In this document: one piece after another, positions 20,449-30,560 of the stretch | Position numbering within the stretch: the first letter of the stretch is position 1 | How the letters are laid out: every line of letters starts with the position of its first letter | From: Bdellovibrionales bacterium | GTDB taxonomy: Bacteria > Bdellovibrionota > Bdellovibrionia > Bdellovibrionales > JAKFYE01 | Reading direction: 5' to 3' | Assembly: GCA_965116215.1 (NCBI GenBank) | Contig: OZ220494.1 | Span: 1,563,992 to 1,627,991, forward strand | Length of the DNA stretch: 64,000 nucleotides | The notes under the pieces: model-generated | Databases searched by the model: none | Seen by the model: the letters and a program-made list of their open reading frames with translations, nothing else | What the model was told of the DNA's origin: nothing | Program-made: the position numbers and the translations under genes

Positions 20449-21108
20449 GTGATATCTCTTGGGGTTCATATTACTTGCGTAGCATTCATGATTTTCAAGG
20501 TTGTATTTTTCCCAAGTGAACCTCTTGTCTATCAATCTTCTGTGCGAGTGGATCTTGTGGATTTACCTGAAAAAGTAAAATCTGTTCCACCAAAAATTCA
20601 AAAAGCACCAGAAGTGAAAGCTCCAAAGAAAAAGAGAAGTGCCCCTAAGAATAAAGTTATAAATCTCAAAAAGAGACAGAATAATGCCCTAAAAAGATTA
20701 CAGGCCATAAAGAGTATTGAAGACTCTTTTCAAAAGAAAAAAGGGGAGCCAAAACAAAATCAAAAGCAAGAGCCCGTGAAAGGCAATATTATTTCGGAGG
20801 GTACTGTTCTTAAGGGATTACAAAAATTAGACTATGATTCGTATATTTCTCAAATTGATGCCCACATTAAAAATCATTGGATCTTGCCTGAATGGTTGGC
20901 TGAATCTTCTCTGAGGGCCTCTGTTTTGGTGAAGTTTGATGAAGAGGGGTATGTGATTCTGAAAAAGATTGTTTATAGTTCAGGGCAAGGGGAATATGAT
21001 AGGCTAGTGCTTCAAACTATAGATCGGGCTTCCCCCTTTCCATCACCGCCATACAAATTTAAAAATCTTGTTGAAATTGATGGTATAATTTTTAGGTTCC
21101 CAGAGTAG
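20449..21108 (+). CDS. tolA: TolA-like protein (TM anchor, Lys/Pro-rich linker, TonB_C-like C-terminal domain)
   Basis: Positioned between tolR and tolB. It has an N-terminal TM helix, a KxP/K-rich middle, and a C-terminal domain ending in GIIFRFPE. Confidence 0.7.
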   Translation: MISLGVHITCVAFMIFKVVFFPSEPLVYQSSVRVDLVDLPEKVKSVPPKIQKAPEVKAPKKKRSAPKNKVINLKKRQNNALKRLQAIKSIEDSFQKKKGEPKQNQKQEPVKGNIISEGTVLKGLQKLDYDSYISQIDAHIKNHWILPEWLAESSLRASVLVKFDEEGYVILKKIVYSSGQGEYDRLVLQTIDRASPFPSPPYKFKNLVEIDGIIFRFPE

Positions 21109-21117
21109 GAATGGAGG

Positions 21118-22539
21118 ATGCAAGTGGATAGATATAAAAAAAATTTTATAAATCCCTGTATTTTTGTCCTCTTCAGCATACAGGTTTTTTTCTCATTTCT
21201 TATAGGTATTCCTCGAATAGAGGCTAAGGACTCCTCTGTTTATATTAATGTTGGAGAGGCTCGGGTGAGAAAATCACTCCTTGCGATCCCTCCTTTAAGG
21301 GTTTCGAGTTCTATCTCAGAAAAGAAAGTGGGTGTAGAGATTTACAATACGCTTTTCAATAATCTTTCAGTCAGTTCTTACTTTAAATTTATTCCCCAAC
21401 GGGCCTATCTTGAGAAGACATCTGAAGTTTCTTTAAAGCCTTATCCTGGTGATCCTAATGGTTTTAAGTTTTCAAAATGGACGCCCTTGGGCGCAGACTT
21501 TTTGATAAGAGCTGGCTGTCGTATCTCTCGGGGGATAATAACTCTTGAGGGATATCTCTATCATGTACCACAAGCTAAAGTTGTTCTGGCTAAATCTTAT
21601 CAGGCCAGCCAAAAGGGAGCGCGAAAATTAGCTCATACATTTGCTAATGATATTATCTATACTCTTACGGGAAAACAGGGGTATTTTCTCAGTCAAATTG
21701 TCGTCTCTAGTGATCGCGCAAGAAGGCGAGGTCATGTTCTAAAAGAAATTTATGTGATGGATTGGGATGGGCGTAATATGAGGCGTATTACATATCATAA
21801 ATCTGTTGCGTTTTCTCCAGCATGGTCTCCCGACGGTAAAATTGTGGCGTATACAGCTTATGGTTATCATAGAAGGGGTCGTGTTTATAATGCTGATTTA
21901 TACACATATAATTTGAGTACAAAAAAGAGAAGGTTGATATCTTCACGTAAGGGAATTAATTCTGGTGCTACATTTCACCCTCTTCAGCCGTTTATTTATT
22001 TGACTCTTTCACAGGGGGGGGCTCCTGATATTTTCAGAATGACATTAAATGGAAAAAAATTAAAACGGATTACACGGGGACCGGCTGGAGCTATGAATGT
22101 GGAACCCTCTGTCAGTCCTGATGGGCGACAAATTGCCTTTTCATCAAATCGCAGTGGTGGGCCAAAAATTTATATTATGAATGTGGATGGCACTCGGGTT
22201 CGCCCAGTGACTTTTGCGGGGCGATATAATTCCACTCCTGTATGGTCACCTGACGGAAGGAAACTCGCTTTTGCTGGCCAATCGGGAAAACACTTTGATA
22301 TTTTTCAAATCAACGTCGATGGAAAGGGTATGATACGTTTGACATCAGCTAGAAAGAAGAATGGAAGACGTGCAAGTAATGAGTTTCCGACATATTCTCC
22401 TGATGGCCGACAAATTATGTTTGTGAGTAATCGTACAGGGAATAGACAGCTTTATATTATAAATGCTGATGGAACAGGAGAGCGGCGAATAACAAGGGAT
22501 AATTATAATTATGATCAGCCTAAATGGTCAATGAAGTGA
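21118..22539 (+). CDS. tolB: Tol-Pal system beta-propeller protein TolB
   Basis: Repeated (W)SPDG(K/R)xIAF / Y(I/V)MN(V/A)DG blades and a signal peptide. Confidence 0.92.
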   Translation: MQVDRYKKNFINPCIFVLFSIQVFFSFLIGIPRIEAKDSSVYINVGEARVRKSLLAIPPLRVSSSISEKKVGVEIYNTLFNNLSVSSYFKFIPQRAYLEKTSEVSLKPYPGDPNGFKFSKWTPLGADFLIRAGCRISRGIITLEGYLYHVPQAKVVLAKSYQASQKGARKLAHTFANDIIYTLTGKQGYFLSQIVVSSDRARRRGHVLKEIYVMDWDGRNMRRITYHKSVAFSPAWSPDGKIVAYTAYGYHRRGRVYNADLYTYNLSTKKRRLISSRKGINSGATFHPLQPFIYLTLSQGGAPDIFRMTLNGKKLKRITRGPAGAMNVEPSVSPDGRQIAFSSNRSGGPKIYIMNVDGTRVRPVTFAGRYNSTPVWSPDGRKLAFAGQSGKHFDIFQINVDGKGMIRLTSARKKNGRRASNEFPTYSPDGRQIMFVSNRTGNRQLYIINADGTGERRITRDNYNYDQPKWSMK

Positions 22540-22609
22540 AAAAAACAATGCAGGGATTGACCTAGAGACGCTATAGGTTATATTTCAAAAAAGGATTGGG
22601 AGAAAAATT

Positions 22610-23404
22610 ATGATGAGAAAGAGAGTGTTCATCCAATGTCTTGTTTTTTTGGCGGGGATATCTTTTGTATCTTTGGTAGGGGTTAAAAATATAGAGGCTC
22701 TAAGTCCTGTAAGTAAAGTTATGAAAAAGAGCAAAACTCTTTCTGATGTCGATCAGATTAAACGTGGGGACAATGTAGTCACAAAAAAGGGAGAAGCTGT
22801 AAAGGCCGATGCCGAAGATAGTAAAAAGTCCAAAAAGGAATCTCATTCTGCTACTAAGACTAAGAAGGTGATAAAGAAGAAAAGAGGGTCTTCCCAAATG
22901 TTTGCCCTATTTGATACTAATCATGGAAAGTTTAAGGTGCTTTTGCACAAAGCGTTGGTTCCTAAGACTGTTAATAATTTTGTCGAATTAGCTACAGGTA
23001 AAAAAACCTACCAAGATCATAAAACCAAACAGCCGAAGACAGGTAAGTACTATGACGGGACAATTTTTCATAGAGTGATAGAGGGGTTCATGATTCAGGG
23101 GGGAGATCCTACGGGAACTGGAAGGGGAGGCCCCGGCTATACTTTTAAAGATGAATTCCATCCCCTACTCAAACATGATAAGCCAGGTGTTCTCTCCATG
23201 GCTAATGCAGGGCCACATACAAATGGCAGTCAATTTTTTATCACAGTGCGTCCTGTGCCTCATCTGGATCGGCGGCATTCTGTCTTTGGAAAAGTCGTTG
23301 AGGGTTATGATGTTGTAGAGGCGATTTCAAAAGTTCCGACAACTCCTTTTGATAAGCCTCTTAAAGTGGTTCAGTTAAATAAAATCACAATTGTTGAACA
23401 GTAA
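22610..23404 (+). CDS. Cyclophilin-type peptidyl-prolyl cis-trans isomerase with signal peptide and Lys-rich N-terminal extension
   Basis: Cyclophilin blocks are present: [25 protein letters not shown] and [18 protein letters not shown]. Confidence 0.92.
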   Translation: MMRKRVFIQCLVFLAGISFVSLVGVKNIEALSPVSKVMKKSKTLSDVDQIKRGDNVVTKKGEAVKADAEDSKKSKKESHSATKTKKVIKKKRGSSQMFALFDTNHGKFKVLLHKALVPKTVNNFVELATGKKTYQDHKTKQPKTGKYYDGTIFHRVIEGFMIQGGDPTGTGRGGPGYTFKDEFHPLLKHDKPGVLSMANAGPHTNGSQFFITVRPVPHLDRRHSVFGKVVEGYDVVEAISKVPTTPFDKPLKVVQLNKITIVEQ

Positions 23405-23535
23405 TCAAAATTAAGTGTTTTTAGAAAAATGCAGCAGTTGTTGAACTCTCTTTATATATTGCGGCGAATATGTGTTTCTATAAGTGAAAATGGCACCTCT
23501 TAATCATCCTGTTTGTATGTTTTACAGTTAGGAGT

Positions 23536-24102
23536 TTGAAAGTGTTTGAGTTAGATCAATTTTTATTTCAACAGATAAACATGGTATGGACTCACCCTCT
23601 AGCCCATAAGTTTTTTGGATACATCACTGACCTTCATTATCGCAAGTTTATTTCTTTTTTTTTGACTCCCTTAATTGTCTTTATTTGTCTGTTAAAGTTT
23701 AAGAAAAGAGCTTTTATTGTTTTAGTTGGATTGATAGGTAGTATTCTCTTGTCAGAGGTCCTCTCTCATAGAGTTATTAAACCGATTATTCAAAGAGAGC
23801 GTCCTACAAATCAGGTTGAGGGAGCTGTGCTTAGAACATTTCGTCATAGTGGATGGAGCCTCCCATCGACTCATGCAACAAATTTTTTTGCAGGAGCTAC
23901 ATTTCTTTATTTGTTTTTACCTCAATGGATAGGGGTAGGGCTTTTTGTTTTAGCCATTCTTGTGTCCTACAGTAGAGTTTACTTGGGTGTTCATTATCCC
24001 TTAGATATTACTGTAGGTGCTCTATTGGGGATGGGGATTTCTGTGTGTTGGTATAGAGGGTATGGAAGGTTGATTGCCTATATGGAAAAACGAAATGGAT
24101 AG
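23536..24102 (+). CDS. PAP2-family lipid phosphatase
   Basis: PAP2 motifs KPIIQRERP, PSTHA and SRVYLGVHYPLD, with multiple TM helices. Confidence 0.85.
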   Translation: MKVFELDQFLFQQINMVWTHPLAHKFFGYITDLHYRKFISFFLTPLIVFICLLKFKKRAFIVLVGLIGSILLSEVLSHRVIKPIIQRERPTNQVEGAVLRTFRHSGWSLPSTHATNFFAGATFLYLFLPQWIGVGLFVLAILVSYSRVYLGVHYPLDITVGALLGMGISVCWYRGYGRLIAYMEKRNG

Positions 24103-24114
24103 TGTGTGTAGTGT

Positions 24115-25104
24115 GTGGCTATGGATAAAATATTAGTCACTGGAGCTTCTGGGTTTTTAGGCGAATGGATTGTACGTGATTTGGTCAAAAGGGGACACTT
24201 TGTTCGTATTCTTCATCGTAGAAATTCGGATCTTTCTGGCCTGCCTTCTTCTATTGAAAAATATATAGGTGATGTAACAGATTTCAATTCATTGTTACCT
24301 GCTTTGAAGGGAGTCGATGGTGTTTTTCATCTGGCGGGGGTGGTCGCCTATACAAGATCAGAACGTCAGAAAATGTACAATGTTAATGTTGGGGGAACAA
24401 AAAATATCTTAAAGGCCTGTCATGCCACAGGGGTAAGAAAAATTTTATACTCCAGTAGCGTGACAGCTATCGGGGCGAGTTTTGATGGTAAGATGCCTCT
24501 CAATGAAGATTCCAAGTACAATATAGGACATTTAGGTTTGGGTTATTTCGACTCTAAACATGAAGCTGAAAAATGTGTTCTAAAAGCTGTCCGCTCTAGA
24601 GAAATTGAAGCTAAGATTGTTAATCCCTCAACGATTTATGGTTCTGGAGATGCTAAAAAAAGCTCTCGAAAAACAATGGTTAAAGTGGCAAGGGGTGAGT
24701 TTCCCTTTTATACCTGTGGTGGAGTGAGTGTTATCTCTGTGCATGATGTTGTAGCGGCTACCTATAGAGCCTATATGGATGGTCGATCAGGTGAAAGGTA
24801 TATATTATCAGGGGAAAATATAAGAATTAAAGATTTATTTAAACAAATTTCTGCTTGTGCAGGAGTGCGTCCTCCGACAATTTATCTACCTCGCCCCGTT
24901 TTGTTGGCTTTGGGTTTTGTCGGGGATTTCATAGATAAATGGGGCGGGCATGGATTTATGAGCGTGGAAAATGCATGGACATCAACGTTATTTCATTGGT
25001 TTGATAATACAAAGGCCAAGAGAGAGCTGGGTTTGAATCCTATGTCAGCCAAAGAGGCAATAAGAGAAAGTGTTCTCTGGATGAGGGAAAATAACCAACT
25101 TTAA
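24115..25104 (+). CDS. NAD(P)-dependent epimerase/dehydratase (extended SDR, dihydroflavonol-reductase-like)
   Basis: Rossmann motif GASGFLG and a YxxxK region (YFDSKHEAEK). Confidence 0.85.
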   Translation: MAMDKILVTGASGFLGEWIVRDLVKRGHFVRILHRRNSDLSGLPSSIEKYIGDVTDFNSLLPALKGVDGVFHLAGVVAYTRSERQKMYNVNVGGTKNILKACHATGVRKILYSSSVTAIGASFDGKMPLNEDSKYNIGHLGLGYFDSKHEAEKCVLKAVRSREIEAKIVNPSTIYGSGDAKKSSRKTMVKVARGEFPFYTCGGVSVISVHDVVAATYRAYMDGRSGERYILSGENIRIKDLFKQISACAGVRPPTIYLPRPVLLALGFVGDFIDKWGGHGFMSVENAWTSTLFHWFDNTKAKRELGLNPMSAKEAIRESVLWMRENNQL

Positions 25105-25157
25105 TGACAATATTTTAGAAAAGTTGTCTAAAGAAATTTTGTTTTCTAAGATGACAA

Positions 25158-25220
25158 AGGAAGAGTTTTTCTTAAGGCTTCCAAAATCTCAGACAACTCT
25201 GAGGTTCGCAGCTCGTCTCC
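25158..25220 (-). repeat. Dispersed repeat module, copy of the element at 40702-40765 (inverted orientation)
   Basis: The reverse complement ggagacgagctgcgaacctcagagttgtctgagattttggaagccttaagaaaaactcttcct aligns to 40702-40765 with about 8 differences in 64 nt. Confidence 0.8.
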
Positions 25221-25300
25221 GCCAGAGCCTAAAATCTGGTTGGATAGGGCTCGATATATTCAGGGATAGAACAAACTGCATTTCTGCAGATATACCCTTC

Positions 25301-25440
25301 TGTAGGAAAAAGACTTTATTATCTTCCCCTTAAAGCTCAAGCAGCTTTGAAGGGCGCAAAGCGTCTCCTCTCTATGAAGAAGATACGCATTGCGCTTCAA
25401 AAAACTCGCTTTAAGAGAAAGATAAAAATCTTTTTCCCCA
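25301..25440 (-). repeat. ~140-bp palindromic (MITE/REP-like) element, copy A
   Basis: Terminal inverted repeats GGAAAAAGACTTTATTATCTTCCCCTTAAAGC ... GCTTTAAGAGAAAGATAAAAATCTTTTTCC. The reverse complement aligns along its whole length to 40425-40557. Confidence 0.8.
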
Positions 25441-25512
25441 TTATCCACAAACTTTAAAATACGCCATAAAAACTCTCCTTCCATCAACATTTTTTCAGGG
25501 GCATAAGTCATT

Positions 25513-25566
25513 AAGGTTCGCAGCTCGTGGCACAGCTTAAAATGTTGGCTGGATAGAGTTTGTGCA
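25513..25566 (+). repeat. Partial direct repeat of 25201-25255 (AGGTTCGCAGCTCGT...TAAAAT...TGGATAG)
   Basis: aaggttcgcagctcgtggcacagcttaaaatgttggctggatagag versus gaggttcgcagctcgtctccgccagagcctaaaatctggttggataggg. The two copies flank palindromic element copy A. Confidence 0.6.
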
Positions 25567-25590
25567 GGATGGAATTTCTTATTGTAGAAT

Positions 25591-26400
25591 TTAATGTGTC
25601 AAAAATCTAAAGAGAGCTATGTCCTTAGTTAAGGATGTCTGTGCATATATAGGAGTGATATCGACCTCTGCTCTTGTATTTCCCATATCATTTATTAATT
25701 CATGAGATTTCTTAAATTCGTCATTTGTACGTTTGATATTGTTAAAATTATGGTGTTGTAACCAATTTTCAATAGAGACAATATAATTTTCATTGGCATA
25801 GACTAAAAGCCCCTTTAAATAAGTATTTCTAAAGGATTGGCCATAAAACTTATAGGCTTTGCTGGCCTTCTTTAAAAAAGCATTGGGTGTATCTGTTGCT
25901 CTTCGTACGATGAGGCGACCAACGGTGTGCCCTCTTTTCCAATTAACAGGGTAGCCCATAAAATCATAGGCCGTGTTCGGCTGAAGCTGTGAAGGGGTAA
26001 AAACAAAAAAGTTTTTTGACGGCATAAAGTGTGTGAAGTCCGGTTCAAAAAGCTGACTATAAAGGGTCTTTAATTTTTCCAAATGTTCAGGGTGTTGTGT
26101 TGCTTTATTATAGTCTCCTTCTGTGGAGAGGGTGAGGAATTGAAAAAAAGAAGGTGCTCTATAGGGATCTAATAAGTGCCTTTGAATTTTAAAAATAAAA
26201 AAACTATTGAGGGTTTTGGGATTGTCTTTTTCTAAAATGGTTGTCATATCTTTTGCATAACGTTTGATGGCCAAGCTACGATTGGACACCTCTGGACGGA
26301 TGTGAAATGCACCCACAACGGAAGCACTAGATACGTACTCTCTAGCTACAGCGAGATTTGCAGTCGCTAAAATAAAAAATAACAGAAGCCATCGGTTCAT
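25591..26400 (-). CDS. Secreted hypothetical protein
   Basis: A 269-aa ORF with a signal peptide (LLLFFILATANLAVA). No recognisable catalytic motif. Confidence 0.55.
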   Translation of the reverse strand: MNRWLLLFFILATANLAVAREYVSSASVVGAFHIRPEVSNRSLAIKRYAKDMTTILEKDNPKTLNSFFIFKIQRHLLDPYRAPSFFQFLTLSTEGDYNKATQHPEHLEKLKTLYSQLFEPDFTHFMPSKNFFVFTPSQLQPNTAYDFMGYPVNWKRGHTVGRLIVRRATDTPNAFLKKASKAYKFYGQSFRNTYLKGLLVYANENYIVSIENWLQHHNFNNIKRTNDEFKKSHELINDMGNTRAEVDITPIYAQTSLTKDIALFRFLTH

Positions 26401-26427
26401 TGTAAACTCCTTCTAGGGAGAATTCCC

Positions 26428-26456
26428 TTTATCACCTCTGGGTTGCAGGGCGTCAA
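26428..26456 (-). promoter_or_regulatory. Candidate sigma-70 promoter for the 25591-26400 gene
   Basis: On the minus strand: TTGACG, a 17-nt spacer, then GATAAA. The start codon lies about 28 nt further downstream, preceded by AGGAG. Confidence 0.4.
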
Positions 26457-26602
26457 TAAAATTCTTAAAATAGAGATTTTTTTATGGGGAGCATTTTTTA
26501 AAGGTTGGTATCTTTAAACTCGTATTATAAAAGTAGGGGGCTTACTATAGGTAGGTCCTGTTAGTTTATAGGGATTTTTGTGGTCTTAATGAGGAGGACT
26601 TT

Positions 26603-27115
26603 GTGAAGAGAATCGTGTTTTTCTCTTTCATTTTCATTCTCTGGTCTGGTGTCGTCAGGGCGGACAATATCCACCGTGGGCAGTGGATTATCCGTCATCA
26701 ATTTATAGGTCATTCACAGAATCTTTATCCTTTCAATCTCACAATGGATAGGGTGGGGGTATCGTTTTCTTTAGCTCCTGGCATTGAATACATGATGAGC
26801 GATGTGCTTGCGGTCGGTGGAACCCTTATGATTTTCAAAAGGGGAGCGAAGGCGGTGACTTTATTTTCTTTAGGTCCGTCAGTGCATTATTATTTTTATG
26901 GTTCTCCTAATACGGCAGCCTCTTTGGGAGCAGCCTTTGGATTTACAACAGGAGGAGGGACATCTCGTTCGGATCTGGATGTGAATCTCAATTTTGACTA
27001 TTTCCTGACTTCGAATGTAGCCTTAGGTCCTGTTGCTAATTTGAATTGGGATCTTTCAAATAGGAGATTACAATTTATGTTGTTGGGTGCTTTTAAAATT
27101 GTTCTCTCGCTTTGA
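26603..27115 (+). CDS. Small outer-membrane beta-barrel-like protein (hypothetical)
   Basis: Signal peptide (FIFILWSGVVRA) and alternating hydrophobic/Gly-rich strands typical of small OM barrels. Confidence 0.5.
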   Translation: MKRIVFFSFIFILWSGVVRADNIHRGQWIIRHQFIGHSQNLYPFNLTMDRVGVSFSLAPGIEYMMSDVLAVGGTLMIFKRGAKAVTLFSLGPSVHYYFYGSPNTAASLGAAFGFTTGGGTSRSDLDVNLNFDYFLTSNVALGPVANLNWDLSNRRLQFMLLGAFKIVLSL

Positions 27116-27149
27116 TTTTGTTGTTTTATGTCTCTTACTATGAAGTGAT

Positions 27150-27623
27150 TTATCCCCCACTTCTTTTGGCTTTAAAAAAATCAGATAAGAGTTGAGATGA
27201 GGCATCGGCCAGTAGCCCTTTAATAATTTGAGGGTGGTGGTTTAATTTTTTATCTTCAAAAGCACTGTAGACAGATTCAATGGCTCCAGCTTTTTTATCG
27301 CAGGCTCCATAGATGAGGTGTCCAATACGAGCGGCAATGATGGCTCCTGTACACATGAGACAGGGCTCAAGGGTTGTATATAGAGTGCAGTCTGTTAGTC
27401 TCCAACGTCCTAAACGTTTTTCTGCCTTTTGAATAGTTAATATCTCTGCATGAGCGAGTGCAGAGGGTGTGGTTTCCTTTAAGTTGTGTGCTTGGGCTAT
27501 CACTTTGTTATTACAAACAAGAACAGCTCCCACGGGGACTTCTTGGAGTTCAGCAGCCTTTTTAGCGAGATCGAGAGCCATGGACATATATTTTTTATGA
27601 AGACGTACAGATAGGACAGGCAT
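27150..27623 (-). CDS. tadA: tRNA-specific adenosine deaminase TadA
   Basis: CDA zinc motifs HAEILTI and PCLMCTGAI; 157 aa. Confidence 0.9.
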   Translation of the reverse strand: MPVLSVRLHKKYMSMALDLAKKAAELQEVPVGAVLVCNNKVIAQAHNLKETTPSALAHAEILTIQKAEKRLGRWRLTDCTLYTTLEPCLMCTGAIIAARIGHLIYGACDKKAGAIESVYSAFEDKKLNHHPQIIKGLLADASSQLLSDFFKAKRSGG

Positions 27624-27755
27624 TAGAGTCGAGTTTTGTCTTTAATCTCAATAAACTCAAATGATTATATTAAGCTGTTGTCAAAAAGAAGGCTTGAAAT
27701 TCTCAACGGAGCAGGCTAGATAGGCAGTAGACGTGAGAGGTAGGTGAGAGATAAT

Positions 27756-27959
27756 TTGGCATTGGTGAAATTACGTGAAGGCGAGAGCTTCGAGCAGGCT
27801 TTGCGCCGTTTTAAAAAGCAGTGTGAGAAATCTGGTATACTTTCTGAAATTAAAAAACGTGAACACTATGAAAAACCGAGTGTTCGAAAAAAGAAGAAGT
27901 CACTTGCAGCACGAAAGCGATTGGTTAAGAAAATGAAAAAAGGGTTCACCTCTTTATAG
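27756..27959 (+). CDS. rpsU: 30S ribosomal protein S21
   Basis: [42 protein letters not shown] aligns with E. coli [27 protein letters not shown]. A TTG start at 27756 fits the homology. The ORF track gives an in-frame GTG at 27744. Confidence 0.92.
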   Translation: MALVKLREGESFEQALRRFKKQCEKSGILSEIKKREHYEKPSVRKKKKSLAARKRLVKKMKKGFTSL

Positions 27960-28140
27960 AATAGGACTCAAAAAGGGGCATTGCTCTACGTGTCATGAGC
28001 TATCCAAAGAGATAGTGGAGGACCAGCTGAGTGGGATAGGCTATTTGGTCATGGGTCTATCTTTGTAATGCAGGCGAGCTTTTATTGTTGTTGTTCTTTT
28101 AAAGTGTCACTCAATAGAAGTCTTCTAGAGGGGTTCATCT

Positions 28141-28593
28141 ATGGTTAAAAATTTAAGAGAAAGAATACTTAATGATATTAAATCTGCCATGCGGGAGAAA
28201 GATAGAGTTCGTTTAGAGACATTGAGGTTTTTAAATTCTTCGATAAAAAACAAGGAAATTGACCTGCGACCAAAGGTATTGACAGAGCAGGACACGCTAT
28301 CTGTTTTGAAAAAAATGGTCAAACAGAGAAAAGAATCTATAGCTCAGTACACTTCTGCTGGTAGGCAAGATTTAGCAGAAAAAGAAACGCAAGAATTAAA
28401 GATTTTAGAAGACTATATGCCTGAGCCAATGAGTCGTGAGGCTGTGAAAAAACTTGTCCTTCAAGCTATTGATGAAACAGGGGCGACGAATATAAAGGAT
28501 ATGGGAAAAGTCATAAAATATGTGCTGACAAAAGTGGAAGGGGCTGCTGATGGCCAGCTTGTAAGTGAGCTTGTCAAATCCCAGTTGGCCTGA
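28141..28593 (+). CDS. yqeY: GatB/YqeY domain protein
   Basis: 150 aa with a typical YqeY N-terminus (LRERILNDIKSAMREKDRVRLETLRFL), located between rpsU and dnaG. Confidence 0.85.
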   Translation: MVKNLRERILNDIKSAMREKDRVRLETLRFLNSSIKNKEIDLRPKVLTEQDTLSVLKKMVKQRKESIAQYTSAGRQDLAEKETQELKILEDYMPEPMSREAVKKLVLQAIDETGATNIKDMGKVIKYVLTKVEGAADGQLVSELVKSQLA

Positions 28594-28647
28594 GTGGCAG
28601 AGGGCAAACTGTGTTTAAACTTTTGTAAGAAATAGAGGTATCAAGCA

Positions 28648-30546
28648 GTGGTTTACTCAAATGACTTTATTCATAGAGTTTTAGAGGCTACCAATATTGT
28701 AGATTTAATTTCACAGCATGTTCATTTAAAAAAAACAGGATCGAATCTTATGGGTCTTTGTCCTTTTCCTGACCACAAGGAAAAGACGCCCAGTTTTTCT
28801 GTCAATGAAATCAAGCAGGTCTATTATTGTTTTGGTTGTCAACGTGGAGGAAACGCTATTACTTTTATGAAAGACTACAGGGCTATGGGTTTTCTTCAGG
28901 CCATGGAGTATTTGGCTGATTTAGCCGGAATTGCAATATCCTATGAGCAGCATTCAGGAGTCTCAGTCGATAGGGATCAGAAACAAAAGCTGTACTCGAT
29001 AAATAAAATATCTGCTGAGTTTTTCCAATCCAACTTAAAGCAGTGTCCTCTTCATGTTAAATCGTATATTGCCAAACGAGGTCTTCAGCCTGAAACGATA
29101 AAGTCTTTTGAATTGGGATATGCAGTGGATGACTGGGAGGCATTGCAAAATCATTTAAAATCAAAAAATATTGATCTCAAATTGGCTGCACAACTAGGTC
29201 TTGTCAGGCGCAGAGAAAAGGGGTCGGGTTATTATGATATTTTTCGTCATCGATTGATATTTCCCATTAGAGATATATCAGGTCGCATTTTGGGTTTTGG
29301 GGGAAGGGTTTTGGATAAAGAGCATTATCCCAAATATCTGAACAGTCCTGAGACCTCGCTGTTCCGTAAGGGACATATTTTTTACGGTCTCAATGAAACA
29401 GCAAAATATATTAGGTCTAAGGATAGTGTCATTGTTGTGGAAGGCTATATGGATCTTTTAGCCTTATATCAGGGTGGATTTAAGAATGTGGTTGCAACTT
29501 TAGGGACAGCATTGACAGAGAAGCACGCTCAGCAATTGGCTCGGCTGACAAAGAATGTGACTGTGCTTTTTGATGGAGATGATGCGGGTATTTTGGCTGC
29601 ACGGAAGAGTTTAAATATTATTTTAAAACACGATCTTTTGGTCAAGGGAGTTTGTCTTCCCTATGGCAAAGATCCCGATGACCTTTTAACCTTGAAACAG
29701 GGAGAGTCTGAATTTTTAAAGGTCTCTTTAAAGAAAGTGGGAACGGCCGGTCATACGGGCTTAGAGTTGCTAAAAGCTCTTTTGCAAGAAGCTCCCGATT
29801 TATTTGAAATAGCACTAAATGGTTCAATGAGAGGGTTTCGAAAAACATCTTCAGAACAAATGCGAGTTTTAAGTGAACTACAAGAGGTTTTAGTGACAAT
29901 GAAAAATCCATTATTGAAGGACCTTTATATACAGAAATTGGCAGAAAGAATTTTTGTGAGTGAAGATTGGGTGAGGAAAGGATTGCGTCGCTTTTCAATA
30001 AATAAGGGACCGTCTCCAAAGCAACAAAGACCTCATGGAAACAAATCCGTAAAGTCTATAAAGTCCTTAGAGGCATCTAAGGGAAAGGGTCATCAGGCCC
30101 CCTATAGAATTGCCGATGCGCACAATAACGAAATTGTTCTTTTGAACTTAGCACTAAGTCATGAGGCCTCTCTTCAAAAAATCAGGGAGATGAATATTGT
30201 TAAAGACTTGGCTTCAGAAGAGTTAAAGAAAGTGTTTGAAGAAATTTTTCGGGTTTATAGACAGAACCCAAGAGATTTTGATAAACTAGCTCCTCTGGTT
30301 GCATCTAAAGTAGATAGGGCCAACTTAGTGACACAACACGTGCAGTTTGGGAACGGAGTTGAGGCAGATGTTCAAGACTGTATTCAAAAAATTCGTGAGG
30401 CCCATTTACGTTCTCGGGCGGATCAACTTGTTAGTGAGTTCAAAACACTTTCAGAACCTGACTCTGAAAAATTGGAATATTTTATGAATATACAAAGGCA
30501 GAGAAGACGGTCGAATCAAACCAACAAAGGACATTCAAAGAACTGA
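28648..30546 (+). CDS. dnaG: DNA primase DnaG
   Basis: CHC2 zinc finger (GLCPFPDHKEKTPSFSV...YYCFGCQRGGN) and TOPRIM domain (VVEGYMDLLAL...LFDGDDAG). Confidence 0.95.
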   Translation: MVYSNDFIHRVLEATNIVDLISQHVHLKKTGSNLMGLCPFPDHKEKTPSFSVNEIKQVYYCFGCQRGGNAITFMKDYRAMGFLQAMEYLADLAGIAISYEQHSGVSVDRDQKQKLYSINKISAEFFQSNLKQCPLHVKSYIAKRGLQPETIKSFELGYAVDDWEALQNHLKSKNIDLKLAAQLGLVRRREKGSGYYDIFRHRLIFPIRDISGRILGFGGRVLDKEHYPKYLNSPETSLFRKGHIFYGLNETAKYIRSKDSVIVVEGYMDLLALYQGGFKNVVATLGTALTEKHAQQLARLTKNVTVLFDGDDAGILAARKSLNIILKHDLLVKGVCLPYGKDPDDLLTLKQGESEFLKVSLKKVGTAGHTGLELLKALLQEAPDLFEIALNGSMRGFRKTSSEQMRVLSELQEVLVTMKNPLLKDLYIQKLAERIFVSEDWVRKGLRRFSINKGPSPKQQRPHGNKSVKSIKSLEASKGKGHQAPYRIADAHNNEIVLLNLALSHEASLQKIREMNIVKDLASEELKKVFEEIFRVYRQNPRDFDKLAPLVASKVDRANLVTQHVQFGNGVEADVQDCIQKIREAHLRSRADQLVSEFKTLSEPDSEKLEYFMNIQRQRRRSNQTNKGHSKN

Positions 30547-30560
30547 GGAGTTAGAAATAT

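Noticed and set aside
25124-25511. ORFs 25124-25333 (+) and 25260-25511 (-)
   Set aside because: Both are built from the dispersed repeat modules. The homologous copies at 40425-40765 contain stops in the corresponding frames.
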